Part shown: piece by piece, positions 9,077-17,835 of the stretch | Numbering within the stretch: the stretch's first letter is position 1 | Layout: every line of letters starts with the position of its first letter | Origin: a virus | Lineage: Duplodnaviria > Caudoviricetes | Length of the DNA stretch: 62,992 nt | Virus record (IMG/VR): IMGVR_UViG_3300017700_000894 | Coordinates: 1 to 62,992 of that record | Reading direction: 5' to 3' (one strand) | Translations under genes and position numbers: made by a program | Notes under the pieces: model-generated | The model's database searches: none | Told to the model about the DNA's origin: nothing | The model's input: the letters and a program-made list of their open reading frames with translations, nothing else

Positions 9077-9889
9077 TTAAAACTTCTTCAGCTGTTCTTC
9101 GGTCATGGTCGTGGTCGAAGCTTTGATGGTATCGCTTCCCTTCGGTTCGTAAACTTCCAGCCATCGCCGGTCAATCGATCGATCCACCATCCTGCGCAAG
9201 GCGTCGTCGCCATAGCGCTGGGCAAGGTAAAGGAAGTTCTTCAAATGCGCACCGGCCGCCCGTTCGGTCCAGGCGGTGCGTGTTTCGCCGGAAAGGGGTC
9301 GTGTTGCCCTTTCTTCCCTGTACCCCTGCCATGCGGTCCAGGCGGCCTTGAAAACCTCACTGGCGAGAAGGTCGGGTTGAATCAGCCGTGCCAGCGCGAG
9401 TTCGTCGGCGGTGCGGTCGCGGATTTGCTTTCGCTGCCCCGATTTTGGGGCTTCAGCCACTATACTGGGATTCCCTTCCTTTGATGTCCTTCTTTTATTT
9501 CCTTCGTCTCCATTCAAACCGGAGGGGTCCCCTCCATTCAAACCAGAGGGGTGGTCTCCATTCAAAGCAGGGGGGTGGTTTTTTCCTAGGGGTTCCCACG
9601 CTGAAGGTTTTTCTAAAAAATAGCGGGTTGTCTTGCCGGGGCGAAGTTCTGCCCGAATCATATTTCGATCCACCAGCATGGACAGTGCGGCACGCACCGT
9701 GTCAGCGTGAAGCTGGCAATGATCGGCAATCCCCTGCACCGCCGGCCACGCTGCCCCGCTACCAGCCCGCCGGGCAAGGTGGGCGTAAACGCGGAAAGCT
9801 GAAGGTGTCAGGCCGGCGTCGTCCACCACCGAATGAATGAAAATCACATTCATTTCGCTGGTGTCCTGAATCAGGTCGCGTTTCGTCAT
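9077..9889 (-). CDS. Replication initiator (N-terminal winged HTH, lambda O-like)
   Basis: LTPSAFRVYAHL...AWPAVQGIADHCQLHADTVRAAL; upstream of the DnaC-like gene; internal iterons. Confidence 0.8.
   Translation of the reverse strand: MTKRDLIQDTSEMNVIFIHSVVDDAGLTPSAFRVYAHLARRAGSGAAWPAVQGIADHCQLHADTVRAALSMLVDRNMIRAELRPGKTTRYFLEKPSAWEPLGKNHPPALNGDHPSGLNGGDPSGLNGDEGNKRRTSKEGNPSIVAEAPKSGQRKQIRDRTADELALARLIQPDLLASEVFKAAWTAWQGYREERATRPLSGETRTAWTERAAGAHLKNFLYLAQRYGDDALRRMVDRSIDRRWLEVYEPKGSDTIKASTTTMTEEQLKKF
9507..9578. repeat. Three tandem 24-bp iterons (putative replication origin)
   Basis: tctccattcaaaccggaggggtcc / cctccattcaaaccagaggggtgg / tctccattcaaagcaggggggtgg, flanked by T/A-rich tracts. 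Confidence 0.75.
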
Positions 9890-10134
9890 GGTCGTGTCGT
9901 CATGGTGATTTCCACCTGGTTTTCGTTTGGTTGAATGATCAGGTGCCCGTCGGCCCGCAGGCGGATCAGGCTTCGGCGGATCGCTGGTGCACCGCACCCG
10001 CAGAATTTTGCCAGCTGGGCAATGGTCAGATTTGCCCCGGCGTCGCCGCAGTTCGCGACGCGGATCAAAATCAGCTTATCCACGGGCTTGCGTGTTTCGG
10101 CATCGAAGGCCTGGGAAAGTAGGGCGGCGCTCAT
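9886..10134 (-). CDS. Small winged-HTH protein
   Basis: KLILIRVAN...TIAQLAKFCGCGAPAIRRSLIRL. Confidence 0.7.
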   Translation of the reverse strand: MSAALLSQAFDAETRKPVDKLILIRVANCGDAGANLTIAQLAKFCGCGAPAIRRSLIRLRADGHLIIQPNENQVEITMTTRP

Positions 10135-10439
10135 AGTGGCCCCCTTCCGTTGTCCAGGTCTTCGCGGCGTTTGCCTAGGCCGGCTTCAATGGCTGCTTCG
10201 ACTTCCGCCCGGGTGCGCGGTCCCTTCCGCTTCTCAGCTTCGGCCTTTGCCAAGCGCTTCAGGCATTGCCCGGCAACGTGCAGCATTTCGTCCAGCGCTG
10301 GTTCGAAGTGGTTTTCGTCGACGGAAACGAAGGTGCTCAGCGGGGTGCCATTCACCTGGGCGCAAACCCGCAAGGTCAGGTGGTTTGTCCGGTGGAAATA
10401 ATCCGGTTCCAGTTCGATTCGAAGGAAATCAATTGTCAT
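10131..10439 (-). CDS. Hypothetical protein
   Basis: ORF with ACCACG leader; ATGA-type overlap. Confidence 0.65.
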   Translation of the reverse strand: MTIDFLRIELEPDYFHRTNHLTLRVCAQVNGTPLSTFVSVDENHFEPALDEMLHVAGQCLKRLAKAEAEKRKGPRTRAEVEAAIEAGLGKRREDLDNGRGPL

Positions 10440-10465
10440 GGTCGTGGTCGTGGTGGCGGTCTATG

Positions 10466-12004
10466 TCAGAAGATCGGTTCCATTTCAAGGAAGAACGGGG
10501 AAACTTCGCGGGCTTCCATGCGGGCGCTGTATTCGTTCGGCCGGTTGCGGCAAGTCGACACTTCCAGGCGGGTGCGTGCCCGGGTGATTGCCACGAAGAA
10601 AAGGCGGCGTTCTTCTTCGATTCGTTCGGCCTTCGGGATTCCTTCGGCCCCGGCAATCCACACGTTGTCAAATTCCAGGCCTTTGGCCCCGTGCATGGTG
10701 GCAACCGTCACCGCCCCCTTCACCTTTTCCACCTGCTCTTCGTCCCGCAGGCATTGCAGGATTTCCAGCGGGTCCAGGCTGCCGGCCGCGCGCGCGGCGC
10801 TCAGCACCTTCAGCACCGTGCCTTGCGTGATCATTTCGCGGCGCATCATGGCGGCCAGTTCGGCTTCGGTTGCCGGTGGGTCCAGGATCAGCGCGAAAGG
10901 GGCGGCGGTTTCGATCAGCTTTTGCGCCACGTGCGCGGGGCGGGTTGCCCGCCACCATGCCGCTTGCATCACCGCGCTTTGCGGGTTTGCCATCAGGTTC
11001 AGGAAAATGCGCGCCATGCCCATGGTGCCGTCGACGGGTGCCGGCCGGGCAGGCATCGGCAGGCCGGCGGCACGCAGCGCGTCGTCCAGCTTTTTGCGGT
11101 TGGCATTGTAGCGGGTCAGCACCGCCCATTCCCCACCGGCCCGGATCGCTTCAATGATCGCCGCGGTTTCCAGCACGTCGGTGTCGAAGATGTGACGCCC
11201 CACCCGCCCTTGCCCTTCCCACACTGCTTTCATGGGAAGCTTCCGGCGGTTCGGGTTTCGGCAAATCACATTCACCGCGGCATCCACGATTTCCGGCCGG
11301 CTTCGGAAATTGCCGGTCAGCGCCATCCGAAACCCGGCACGCTTCCGCATGTTTTCCAGCGTCGCCCCGCGGAAAGAATAAATCGCCTGGTCAGTGTCGC
11401 CCACGAAAAAGCGGCTGGCGCAATAAAGCCCGTCATAAACTTCATCATCAAGCGGTCCAGAATCCTGGTATTCGTCGACGAAAAGGTGCCAGCCGTTCCC
11501 GTAGTCCGGGGCATACTTCGCCCCCAGGGTCAGCAGGGTGTCGTAATCCACCGCCCCGGCACTGCTCAGTGCCTTCAGGTAGGCGGCCACCGGGGGTTGC
11601 GTCTTCGCGTCCGCCTGCGCTCCCAGCAGCACCGCCTTGCAGGCTTTCAAGCTGGCCTTCGAACGTGTCGCGGTTATGCACTGCTTCAGCATGGCTTCCG
11701 CCTGCTCTTCGTCCAGCACCACCATGGTGGGCACCTTGCGGCGCACCATCCGGGTGCAAAGCGCGTGCAGCGTCCCCACGAAGTGCGGGTGAATGTTTCG
11801 GGCGTTCAGCTTTTCCTTCAGCTGGGCGGCGGCCTTGTTCGTGAAAGTGATGGCAATCACCTTGGTCTGGTCCAGCGGTTGCATGTCGGCAATCCGTTCG
11901 ATCAGTGTTGCCGTCTTGCCGCTGCCAGGGCAGGCTTCCAGAATAATTTTCCATTCAGTAGAATAAACGGCGGCGCGTTGCTCGGGTGTCAGTTCAATAT
12001 TCAT
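10466..12004 (-). CDS. UvrD/PcrA-like SF1 helicase
   Basis: ACPGSGKT, TFTNKAA, VDEYQD, GDTDQAIYSFRGA, NFRS, TMHGAKGLEF, EERRLFFVAITRAR. Confidence 0.95.
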   Translation of the reverse strand: MNIELTPEQRAAVYSTEWKIILEACPGSGKTATLIERIADMQPLDQTKVIAITFTNKAAAQLKEKLNARNIHPHFVGTLHALCTRMVRRKVPTMVVLDEEQAEAMLKQCITATRSKASLKACKAVLLGAQADAKTQPPVAAYLKALSSAGAVDYDTLLTLGAKYAPDYGNGWHLFVDEYQDSGPLDDEVYDGLYCASRFFVGDTDQAIYSFRGATLENMRKRAGFRMALTGNFRSRPEIVDAAVNVICRNPNRRKLPMKAVWEGQGRVGRHIFDTDVLETAAIIEAIRAGGEWAVLTRYNANRKKLDDALRAAGLPMPARPAPVDGTMGMARIFLNLMANPQSAVMQAAWWRATRPAHVAQKLIETAAPFALILDPPATEAELAAMMRREMITQGTVLKVLSAARAAGSLDPLEILQCLRDEEQVEKVKGAVTVATMHGAKGLEFDNVWIAGAEGIPKAERIEEERRLFFVAITRARTRLEVSTCRNRPNEYSARMEAREVSPFFLEMEPIF

Positions 12005-12022
12005 GGTCGTGGTCGTGGTTTT

Positions 12023-12056
12023 ACAGTGTCGGGAGGGTGCGGGGCAAATTTGCCCC
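12023..12056 (+). repeat. Bipartite dispersed element, copy 2
   Basis: ACAGTGTCGG-N8-GGGGCAAATTTGCCCC, intergenic. Confidence 0.9.
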
Positions 12057-12059
12057 GCA

Positions 12060-14162
12060 TCATTTTGGCAGGTCGGCGGGCGTGATGGATTGGAAGCCCG
12101 TGGTGCCCCAGAAGGCGGCATCATGGTCGAAAACAAACGCTTGGTCAATGGTGCCGTCGCTGATCGAATCCACCAGCACCTTCGCCAGTTCCACCTTCCG
12201 CTTCACGTCGACGCGTGAAACTTCGTCGATCATCACCAGCGCGCCTTTGCCGCCTTGCAGGCCGACTTGCAGCGCGATGGTGGCAACCACCTGTTCGGCA
12301 CCGCTCAGCACGTCGAACGGCACGAATGCCGCACCGATCCAGCGCCCCATGATCCCGTCTTCCACCACCAGTTTGCTGCCAAGCACCGCGGTGCTGAATT
12401 GCTCGGCGGCCGCGGCCACCATATTGAACGCGCTGGCCATTTCTTCCTGCATGATTTGCCGGATCGTCTTCGCCTTTGCCGCGGCATCGGCAGCCTTCGC
12501 TTCGGCGTCGTCGGCTTTCACCCGGGCTTCCCGGATGTTCGCTTCCCGCTCTTCCGCGGCGGCGTGCTCCCGGTCGGCCGTTTGCGCGGCCACCTGGGCG
12601 GCGTTCGCCACTTCCAGCGCGTCTTCGGCTGCCATCACCGCACGGTCGGCGTGGTCGTGGTCTTCTTCGGTCGGCATGTCGGCAACCACCGCCCGCAGGT
12701 GTTCGGCACCCTGGGCGGTCTGAAGCGCAAGCCGGGCCACCCCCAGCTGGTTGCGGATTTCCACAAGATGGGCGGCGGCGTTCACCGCTTGTTCGGCAAG
12801 CGGGTCGTGCAGCGCTGCCGCTTCGGTCTTCCGTCGAACAAGATCACTCCACTGAATGGCGGCGGTCAGTATCGTTTGCAGGGTGGAAAGTATGCTTCGC
12901 TGATAAACAATGTCCCCCACGCGTTTGCGTTCGGCGGTTGCTTCATCGGCCGCCTTTTCGGCCGCCTTCATCGTGGCATCGGTTGCCAGTTCGTGCGCGT
13001 GCGCATCGGCCGCGGCCTTGTTCAGCCCAGCCTTCACCGCATCCTTCCAGCCTGGGGATGCCGCCAAGCACGTGGGGCAGCAGGTCAGCGTTTCGAATTC
13101 GGCCAGTCGCTTTTCGGCTTGCTGCTTCGCCCCTTTGGCGCTGGCGGCGGCGCTGGTCGCCCGGGTCATGGCGTCCCGGGCGTCAATGGCAGCCTGGGCG
13201 GCGGCGTTTGCATCGGCGTCGGTCAGTTCTTCCAGTGCTTCCAGGCGGTCGATTTCCGCGGCCAGTTGTTCGGTCGGCTCGCTCGCCCGGGGGAATCGAT
13301 CGGTGATCCCGCTGCATTGCATCGAAAGCGTGGCCACCGTGCTGGCCAGTGCGCTGGCGCGTTCGCGGGCTGCCGCCCCGACTTTTTCCACCTGGTCCCG
13401 CTTCTCTTCCAGGTCGGCAATCTTGGCAATCAGCGTGTCCACATCTTCCGGGATGTTCTTCAGCTTGCCCATGGCTTCTTCGCCGGCCCGCTGCCGGTCG
13501 CCCAGGTCTTTCACCTTCTGCCGGGCCTGCTTCACCGCATCGAATGCCGCCACCGCGGCACGCTGGGCAGCCTGCACGTCCGGGCGGGCTTTGGCTTCCT
13601 TCTCAGCGTCCACCAGCGTGGTGCCTTCCAGCATGCCAAGGAATCGCTTCCCCACCGCTTTCCAGTCCTTCGCGTCGGCTTCGTAGCCCACCGCCAGCCC
13701 TTCCATGGTTTCGAAGTTGCTGGCTTGCAGGTCCAGTTCGGCCGCCAGTCGGGTGGCCGCCTTCGCTTCCGCATCCCCGGCACCGCTGGCAACCATCCGC
13801 AACCGTTCCTTCGCGTTCGCCTTCAGGAAAATCTGGGTGTCGAGTAGGAAGGGCGGCAAGGCGGCGGCGGTGTCGCCCATCACTTCGGCCTTCACACTCT
13901 TGCCCCGCAGCGTCCACGTGCGGTCAATGTGCAGGCCGGTGTCGAAGCTTGCCCCAACGTAAAGGCTGGTGCCGCTGCACAATTTGAAAATGGCGGCGTT
14001 CGCCTTTCCCAGTTCGGGGTGCTCGCCGGTCAGCGCGAGGCGCAGCGCGTCGGCCACGGCGGTTTTGCCGGAATAGTTTGGCCCGACAACGGCAACGGCT
14101 TTGCCGAAGTCCAGGCTGGCAGTGATGCCTTTCAGGTTTTCAATTTTCAGGGTCGTGATCAT
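12060..14162 (-). CDS. Rad50/SbcC (SMC-like) coiled-coil ATPase
   Basis: IENLKG, GPNYSGKT, long coiled coil with central CPTC hook, LSGAEQ signature, VMIDE. Confidence 0.88.
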   Translation of the reverse strand: MITTLKIENLKGITASLDFGKAVAVVGPNYSGKTAVADALRLALTGEHPELGKANAAIFKLCSGTSLYVGASFDTGLHIDRTWTLRGKSVKAEVMGDTAAALPPFLLDTQIFLKANAKERLRMVASGAGDAEAKAATRLAAELDLQASNFETMEGLAVGYEADAKDWKAVGKRFLGMLEGTTLVDAEKEAKARPDVQAAQRAAVAAFDAVKQARQKVKDLGDRQRAGEEAMGKLKNIPEDVDTLIAKIADLEEKRDQVEKVGAAARERASALASTVATLSMQCSGITDRFPRASEPTEQLAAEIDRLEALEELTDADANAAAQAAIDARDAMTRATSAAASAKGAKQQAEKRLAEFETLTCCPTCLAASPGWKDAVKAGLNKAAADAHAHELATDATMKAAEKAADEATAERKRVGDIVYQRSILSTLQTILTAAIQWSDLVRRKTEAAALHDPLAEQAVNAAAHLVEIRNQLGVARLALQTAQGAEHLRAVVADMPTEEDHDHADRAVMAAEDALEVANAAQVAAQTADREHAAAEEREANIREARVKADDAEAKAADAAAKAKTIRQIMQEEMASAFNMVAAAAEQFSTAVLGSKLVVEDGIMGRWIGAAFVPFDVLSGAEQVVATIALQVGLQGGKGALVMIDEVSRVDVKRKVELAKVLVDSISDGTIDQAFVFDHDAAFWGTTGFQSITPADLPK

Positions 14163-14206
14163 GGTTTTGCAGGGTGGTGGGAAATAGGTGGTTGGCAACG
14201 AAAATG

Positions 14207-14222
14207 TGCGCACGCGTGCGCG
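14207..14222. promoter_or_regulatory. TGCGCA-N4-TGCGCA-type operator
   Basis: TGCGCACGCGTGCGCG upstream of the SbcC-like gene. Confidence 0.6.
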
Positions 14223-14226
14223 TTCT

Positions 14227-14260
14227 ACACTGTTGGAAGGGTGCGGGGCAAATTTGCCCC
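14227..14260 (+). repeat. Bipartite dispersed element, copy 3
   Basis: ACACTGTTGG-N8-GGGGCAAATTTGCCCC, intergenic. Confidence 0.9.
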
Positions 14261-14275
14261 GCGCCCCCAGGTCGA

Positions 14276-15139
14276 TCAGAATGGCACCGAATCGGCACCC
14301 GGTTCTTCATCGAAAAAGCCCGGCTTCGCGGGCGCGGCGGCGGGCTGGTGCGGGGCAAGCGCAGCGCGGTGGTCGGCCACCTGCTTGTTCAGTTCTTCCA
14401 CCAGCCCCTTCAGCGTCGGCCCGCTGTATCCGTCTTTATAGGCGTTCATCGGCATCAGATCAGGATCGGATCGGCGCACCGTTTCCATGAAAATCTTGTC
14501 GGCCAGGATCAGCACCGCTTGCGGCACCATGGCATAACCATGCCGCTGAAGCACCCCGTGGGCAGAATGCACCGCGGCGTCGACGCAAACCCCGTGCATG
14601 GCGGCAAGGCGTGCTGCCCGCTTCTTCACGTTCAGCAGGAAGTCGGCCGGGGCGGCGGTGTCGCGGTGGGTGGTGGTTTCCTGCCGGGGGGCGGGCGCTT
14701 CCTGCCGGGGGGCGGCATCCGCGGCACGCTGGCGCTGGTCCAGCTTTTCGTCGACGGCGGCGGCAAGGCCTTCGCCCCCGCGGGCATCGGCGGCGTTCAC
14801 CATTTCCGCGGTGCTGGTCACTTTGATTTTCCGGGTGGTCTTCCCCTGATATTCGTCGTCGAAGGCATAAAGCCCCGTCCTGCCCTTGTCGCCCTTGTGC
14901 GAATAAATCCGCACCGTCTTGCCCTTCCAGCTTCCGGGCACGTCGTCGCACCCCTTCCATTTCACTTCGATCAGGTCGCCCGCGGCGTCGGACATTTCCC
15001 CATTCTGGAAACTCCATTCCCCGTGTTCCCCGGTGCCAGCTTTCCGGGGGAAGAGTTTCGTGATTTTGCCTTCAATACATTCAAGCACTGCACCATCGGC
15101 AAGGTGCTGCTTAATAACGCTGAACGGTGTCGGATTCAT
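14276..15139 (-). CDS. Single-stranded DNA-binding protein (OB-fold-like)
   Basis: GKITKL...SDAAGDLIEVKW OB pattern; acidic tail ending DSVPF. Confidence 0.65.
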   Translation of the reverse strand: MNPTPFSVIKQHLADGAVLECIEGKITKLFPRKAGTGEHGEWSFQNGEMSDAAGDLIEVKWKGCDDVPGSWKGKTVRIYSHKGDKGRTGLYAFDDEYQGKTTRKIKVTSTAEMVNAADARGGEGLAAAVDEKLDQRQRAADAAPRQEAPAPRQETTTHRDTAAPADFLLNVKKRAARLAAMHGVCVDAAVHSAHGVLQRHGYAMVPQAVLILADKIFMETVRRSDPDLMPMNAYKDGYSGPTLKGLVEELNKQVADHRAALAPHQPAAAPAKPGFFDEEPGADSVPF

Positions 15140-15168
15140 TTCGTGGTCGTGGTTGGTGGTGGTTCTGA

Positions 15169-15708
15169 TCAAAGGCCTTTCGCCCATTCTGGCATGGTTG
15201 CAATCTCTTCTGCTTCCAGCACGGCAAGCAATTGTTCGGCGCTGGTGATTCGGCGCATGCCGGCAGCCCACGGCACGTTTTTAAAGATCGCTTCATCAGG
15301 CATGGCGTGCAGGCGGGTCAGCGTTTCGGGTTTGATCTTCTTCGTGGAATGAAGCTTCCCGGCGGCGTCGACGAAGCACATTTGCGATTTGAAGATTTTC
15401 GCCGCGTCCTTCCGCAAAAGATACTTGGCAAGCATCCGGTCCACCACCCCTTCCACGCTTTCCTTTTCGAAGTTGTGAATGGCAATGGTGGCACCGTAGG
15501 CCAGCAGGGCGGCGGTGGCGGCACCCCGCCCTTCGGCGGTCAGGTGCACCAGCGTGCTGCCGCCTTGCCCGTTGTTCTGGGCTGCTCCGACTTTCTTGCC
15601 GTCAATGTGGATGTCGGCAGCGAAGCACAAGGTTTCTTCACTCATGCGGGCGCTGTATTCGACGCGTTTCAGTTCAATGGTGTGTTTCATGGTGGTGGTC
15701 GTGGTCAT
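15169..15708 (-). CDS. Hypothetical early protein (first gene of the replication operon)
   Basis: SEETLCFAADI...NNGQGG; leaderless start after the promoter (alternative start 15690). Confidence 0.7.
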   Translation of the reverse strand: MTTTTTMKHTIELKRVEYSARMSEETLCFAADIHIDGKKVGAAQNNGQGGSTLVHLTAEGRGAATAALLAYGATIAIHNFEKESVEGVVDRMLAKYLLRKDAAKIFKSQMCFVDAAGKLHSTKKIKPETLTRLHAMPDEAIFKNVPWAAGMRRITSAEQLLAVLEAEEIATMPEWAKGL

Positions 15709-15713
15709 GCGGC

Positions 15714-15742
15714 AGTGTCGCACACTGCGCACGCGTGCGCAA
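15714..15742 (-). promoter_or_regulatory. Promoter overlapped by palindromic operator
   Basis: TTGCGC-N17-GACACT-N5-ATG; TGCGCACGCGTGCGCA at 15726-15741. Confidence 0.6.
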
Positions 15743-15760
15743 TCGAAATCTTCCAATAAC

Positions 15761-15802
15761 GAAAAACCCCCGGCCGGCACTGGTCCGGTCGGGGGGCGTT
15801 TC
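15761..15802 (-). terminator. Intrinsic terminator ending the late/lysis operon
   Basis: CCCCCGACCGG...CCGGCCGGGGG followed by TTTTT on the minus strand. Confidence 0.7.
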
Positions 15803-15819
15803 AGTCCTGGTCCCTTCGC

Positions 15820-16233
15820 TTAGGGTTCGGTGGGCGCAGGCACCACCGGGTCCGGTTCCGTCGGCGCGGGATCGGCCGGCGGTTCATCGGGGGGCGCTGG
15901 GTCGGTCGGCGGTTCGTCCGGTGGCGGGTTGTCTTCGGCGTCGTTCGCGGCAAGCGCGGCCTGGGCAGCTTCCAGGGCAGCTTCCACTTCTTCGTCTTCC
16001 GCTTTCGCGGCGGCCAGTTCGGCTTCGGTTGGTGCCAGCTTCGCCCGTGCTTCCTTCAATGCGGCGCGGGTGGTCGTGAGGCTTGCCACAAGGGCAAGGA
16101 TGATGGCAACGGATTGTTGCGCGTTTAGTTTAGCCATGGTGCTTGGTCGGTGTTCGGTTGGGTTGTCGAGGAATCCAGCCGCACGCCACACGGCGGTGGC
16201 GAGCGACGGGAAGAGAAACGAAAAGATGGTCAT
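15820..16233 (-). CDS. Membrane-anchored coiled-coil protein with Pro-rich tail (spanin-like?)
   Basis: Hydrophobic segment, Ala/Glu coil, PPDEPP repeats; follows the endolysin; alternative start 16137. Confidence 0.55.
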   Translation of the reverse strand: MTIFSFLFPSLATAVWRAAGFLDNPTEHRPSTMAKLNAQQSVAIILALVASLTTTRAALKEARAKLAPTEAELAAAKAEDEEVEAALEAAQAALAANDAEDNPPPDEPPTDPAPPDEPPADPAPTEPDPVVPAPTEP

Positions 16234-16853
16234 GGTTTGCGGGGGAAGCCCAGCGCTTGCCGGAAAGTTTCCATTGGAAAAGCTGGCCCCGGGTCGGTCT
16301 TCCAGCTGGGGGCAATAATGTCGTGCCCGGTCACGTCGTCCAGCTGATAACGGGCAATCAATGCCTGCACCACCTGGGTGGCGGCCACCAGCTGGGCGTT
16401 CGGGAAAACTTCCCACTTCATCAGCCCGCCACCGTTCTTGTGCCGGGCTTCCAGGCGAGGGATCGGTTGCCCCACCAGTTCCACCCCGGCGGTCACCGGG
16501 TAGCGGTCCCGCGGCAATTCCCCGCAGTTCGCCAGTTCGATTCCGATGGTGCACTGGTTCACCTGGGCGTTCTTGTAAACGATGCCGCTGGACGGGTCGC
16601 GCCATGTCGAATTCTTGCCGGCATGCCCGCAAGTGCGATTGAACGGCCGGCACTGGTAAACCTCCCCGTTTCGGTCGATCACCACGTGGGCGCACACGCC
16701 ATCCGCCCGCTTGCGCCAGTCGGGGATCACGTATCGCGCCCCCCAGCCCCCGGTGAAGTGCATGACCGCCGCGCGCCTGGTCGGCATCGGATTGCCGCCG
16801 GGAAGCGGGTCGCGCACCGCGGTGTCAATCCAATGGTCTTCGGTGATTTTCAT
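16230..16853 (-). CDS. Endolysin, N-acetylmuramoyl-L-alanine amidase (Amidase_2)
   Basis: VMHFT, AHVVIDRNG, GHAG, IGIE, GHDIIAPSWKTDPG. Confidence 0.92.
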   Translation of the reverse strand: MKITEDHWIDTAVRDPLPGGNPMPTRRAAVMHFTGGWGARYVIPDWRKRADGVCAHVVIDRNGEVYQCRPFNRTCGHAGKNSTWRDPSSGIVYKNAQVNQCTIGIELANCGELPRDRYPVTAGVELVGQPIPRLEARHKNGGGLMKWEVFPNAQLVAATQVVQALIARYQLDDVTGHDIIAPSWKTDPGPAFPMETFRQALGFPRKP

Positions 16854-16966
16854 CGGTTTTGGTTGTGCAGTAGTCCCCAGATTAGAAAAAGGATCGCCCA
16901 GAAAATGGCAATGCAAAGCGTGATGGTGGCTGGCCCGGTGTCGGTGTCGGGAAGGGTCAGGGTCAT
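16850..16966 (-). CDS. 38-aa single-TM protein (holin candidate; absent from the ORF track)
   Basis: MTLTLPDTDTGPATITLCIAIFWAILFLIWGLLHNQNR; ATGA overlaps on both sides. Confidence 0.55.
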   Translation of the reverse strand: MTLTLPDTDTGPATITLCIAIFWAILFLIWGLLHNQNR

Positions 16967-17310
16967 GGCATGCCGGGCACTTCGTCGGGGTTCTTCACCC
17001 GCCAGCGCACCGCAACCGGCGGCATCGGCACCTTGTAAAAGTCATCGGAAATTTCGGATTCGTTCAGCGCGCCCAGTTCTGGGTGATGCCCCACCGCCGT
17101 GCCCCGGTATTCTTCCAGCGGCAGCACCCCGCGAATGAAAAGGCTGGGGGTCGAATCGGTGTCGGCCACCCACGGGATCAATTCGACGTTCACCCGGTGC
17201 CGAATGATTTCCCCCGTGCCCAGGTGTTCCACCCGGTAAACGTGATAGCCCGCCACCGTGCCCACCGGGTTCAGCGGGTCATCCCATACCAGCAGAATGC
17301 TGGCGAGCAT
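16963..17310 (-). CDS. Fibronectin type III-like protein
   Basis: LVWDDP...VAGYHVYR...ESEIS. Confidence 0.6.
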   Translation of the reverse strand: MLASILLVWDDPLNPVGTVAGYHVYRVEHLGTGEIIRHRVNVELIPWVADTDSTPSLFIRGVLPLEEYRGTAVGHHPELGALNESEISDDFYKVPMPPVAVRWRVKNPDEVPGMP

Positions 17311-17321
17311 CAGAAGCGCGT

Positions 17322-17777
17322 TCAAAAGCGAAGCCGGAAGAATTGATGCGGCGGCACCGCGGCCACCTGAAGAACGGCATGGCTGGCCCACTTCAGCAGG
17401 TCAGGGGACGATTCCACCACCAGCGCGATGGTGCGGAATCCAGGCACCTGGGCGGGCGGCGCGGGGATCGTGAAGTGCTCGCTGTCCGGGGCTTCGCCGC
17501 CGGCATTGTATGCGCGAATCGTCCAGGTCGTGCCGGCGGTCGCCTTCGTGGTCGTCCACTGGCGGGCGTCGCCGGGGATCGGCGCTTCATTCGCCTGAGT
17601 GTATGTGATCGTTTCCGGGCCTTCAGGGTTCACCTGGGTTTTGATCACTTGGTAAATCCGATAGCCCGTAACTTCAGGCGTGCCCGGGGGCTGGTCTTCC
17701 CAGGCGAAGGTCACGGTTTGCCCGAAGGCGGCAGTGAAGGAGAGCAGCAGGAAAAGCAGAGACAACGCGGATTTCAT
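17322..17777 (-). CDS. Secreted FN3-domain protein
   Basis: Signal peptide, TFAWE...VTGYRIY...IRAYNAGGEAPDS; C-terminus ESSPDLLKW...FFRLRF. Confidence 0.72.
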   Translation of the reverse strand: MKSALSLLFLLLSFTAAFGQTVTFAWEDQPPGTPEVTGYRIYQVIKTQVNPEGPETITYTQANEAPIPGDARQWTTTKATAGTTWTIRAYNAGGEAPDSEHFTIPAPPAQVPGFRTIALVVESSPDLLKWASHAVLQVAAVPPHQFFRLRF

Positions 17778-17835
17778 AGGCCGCCAGAAAACCCGGCATT
17801 GCCGGGAGGTCAACGAAAGTTTACTGCTTCCCCCT

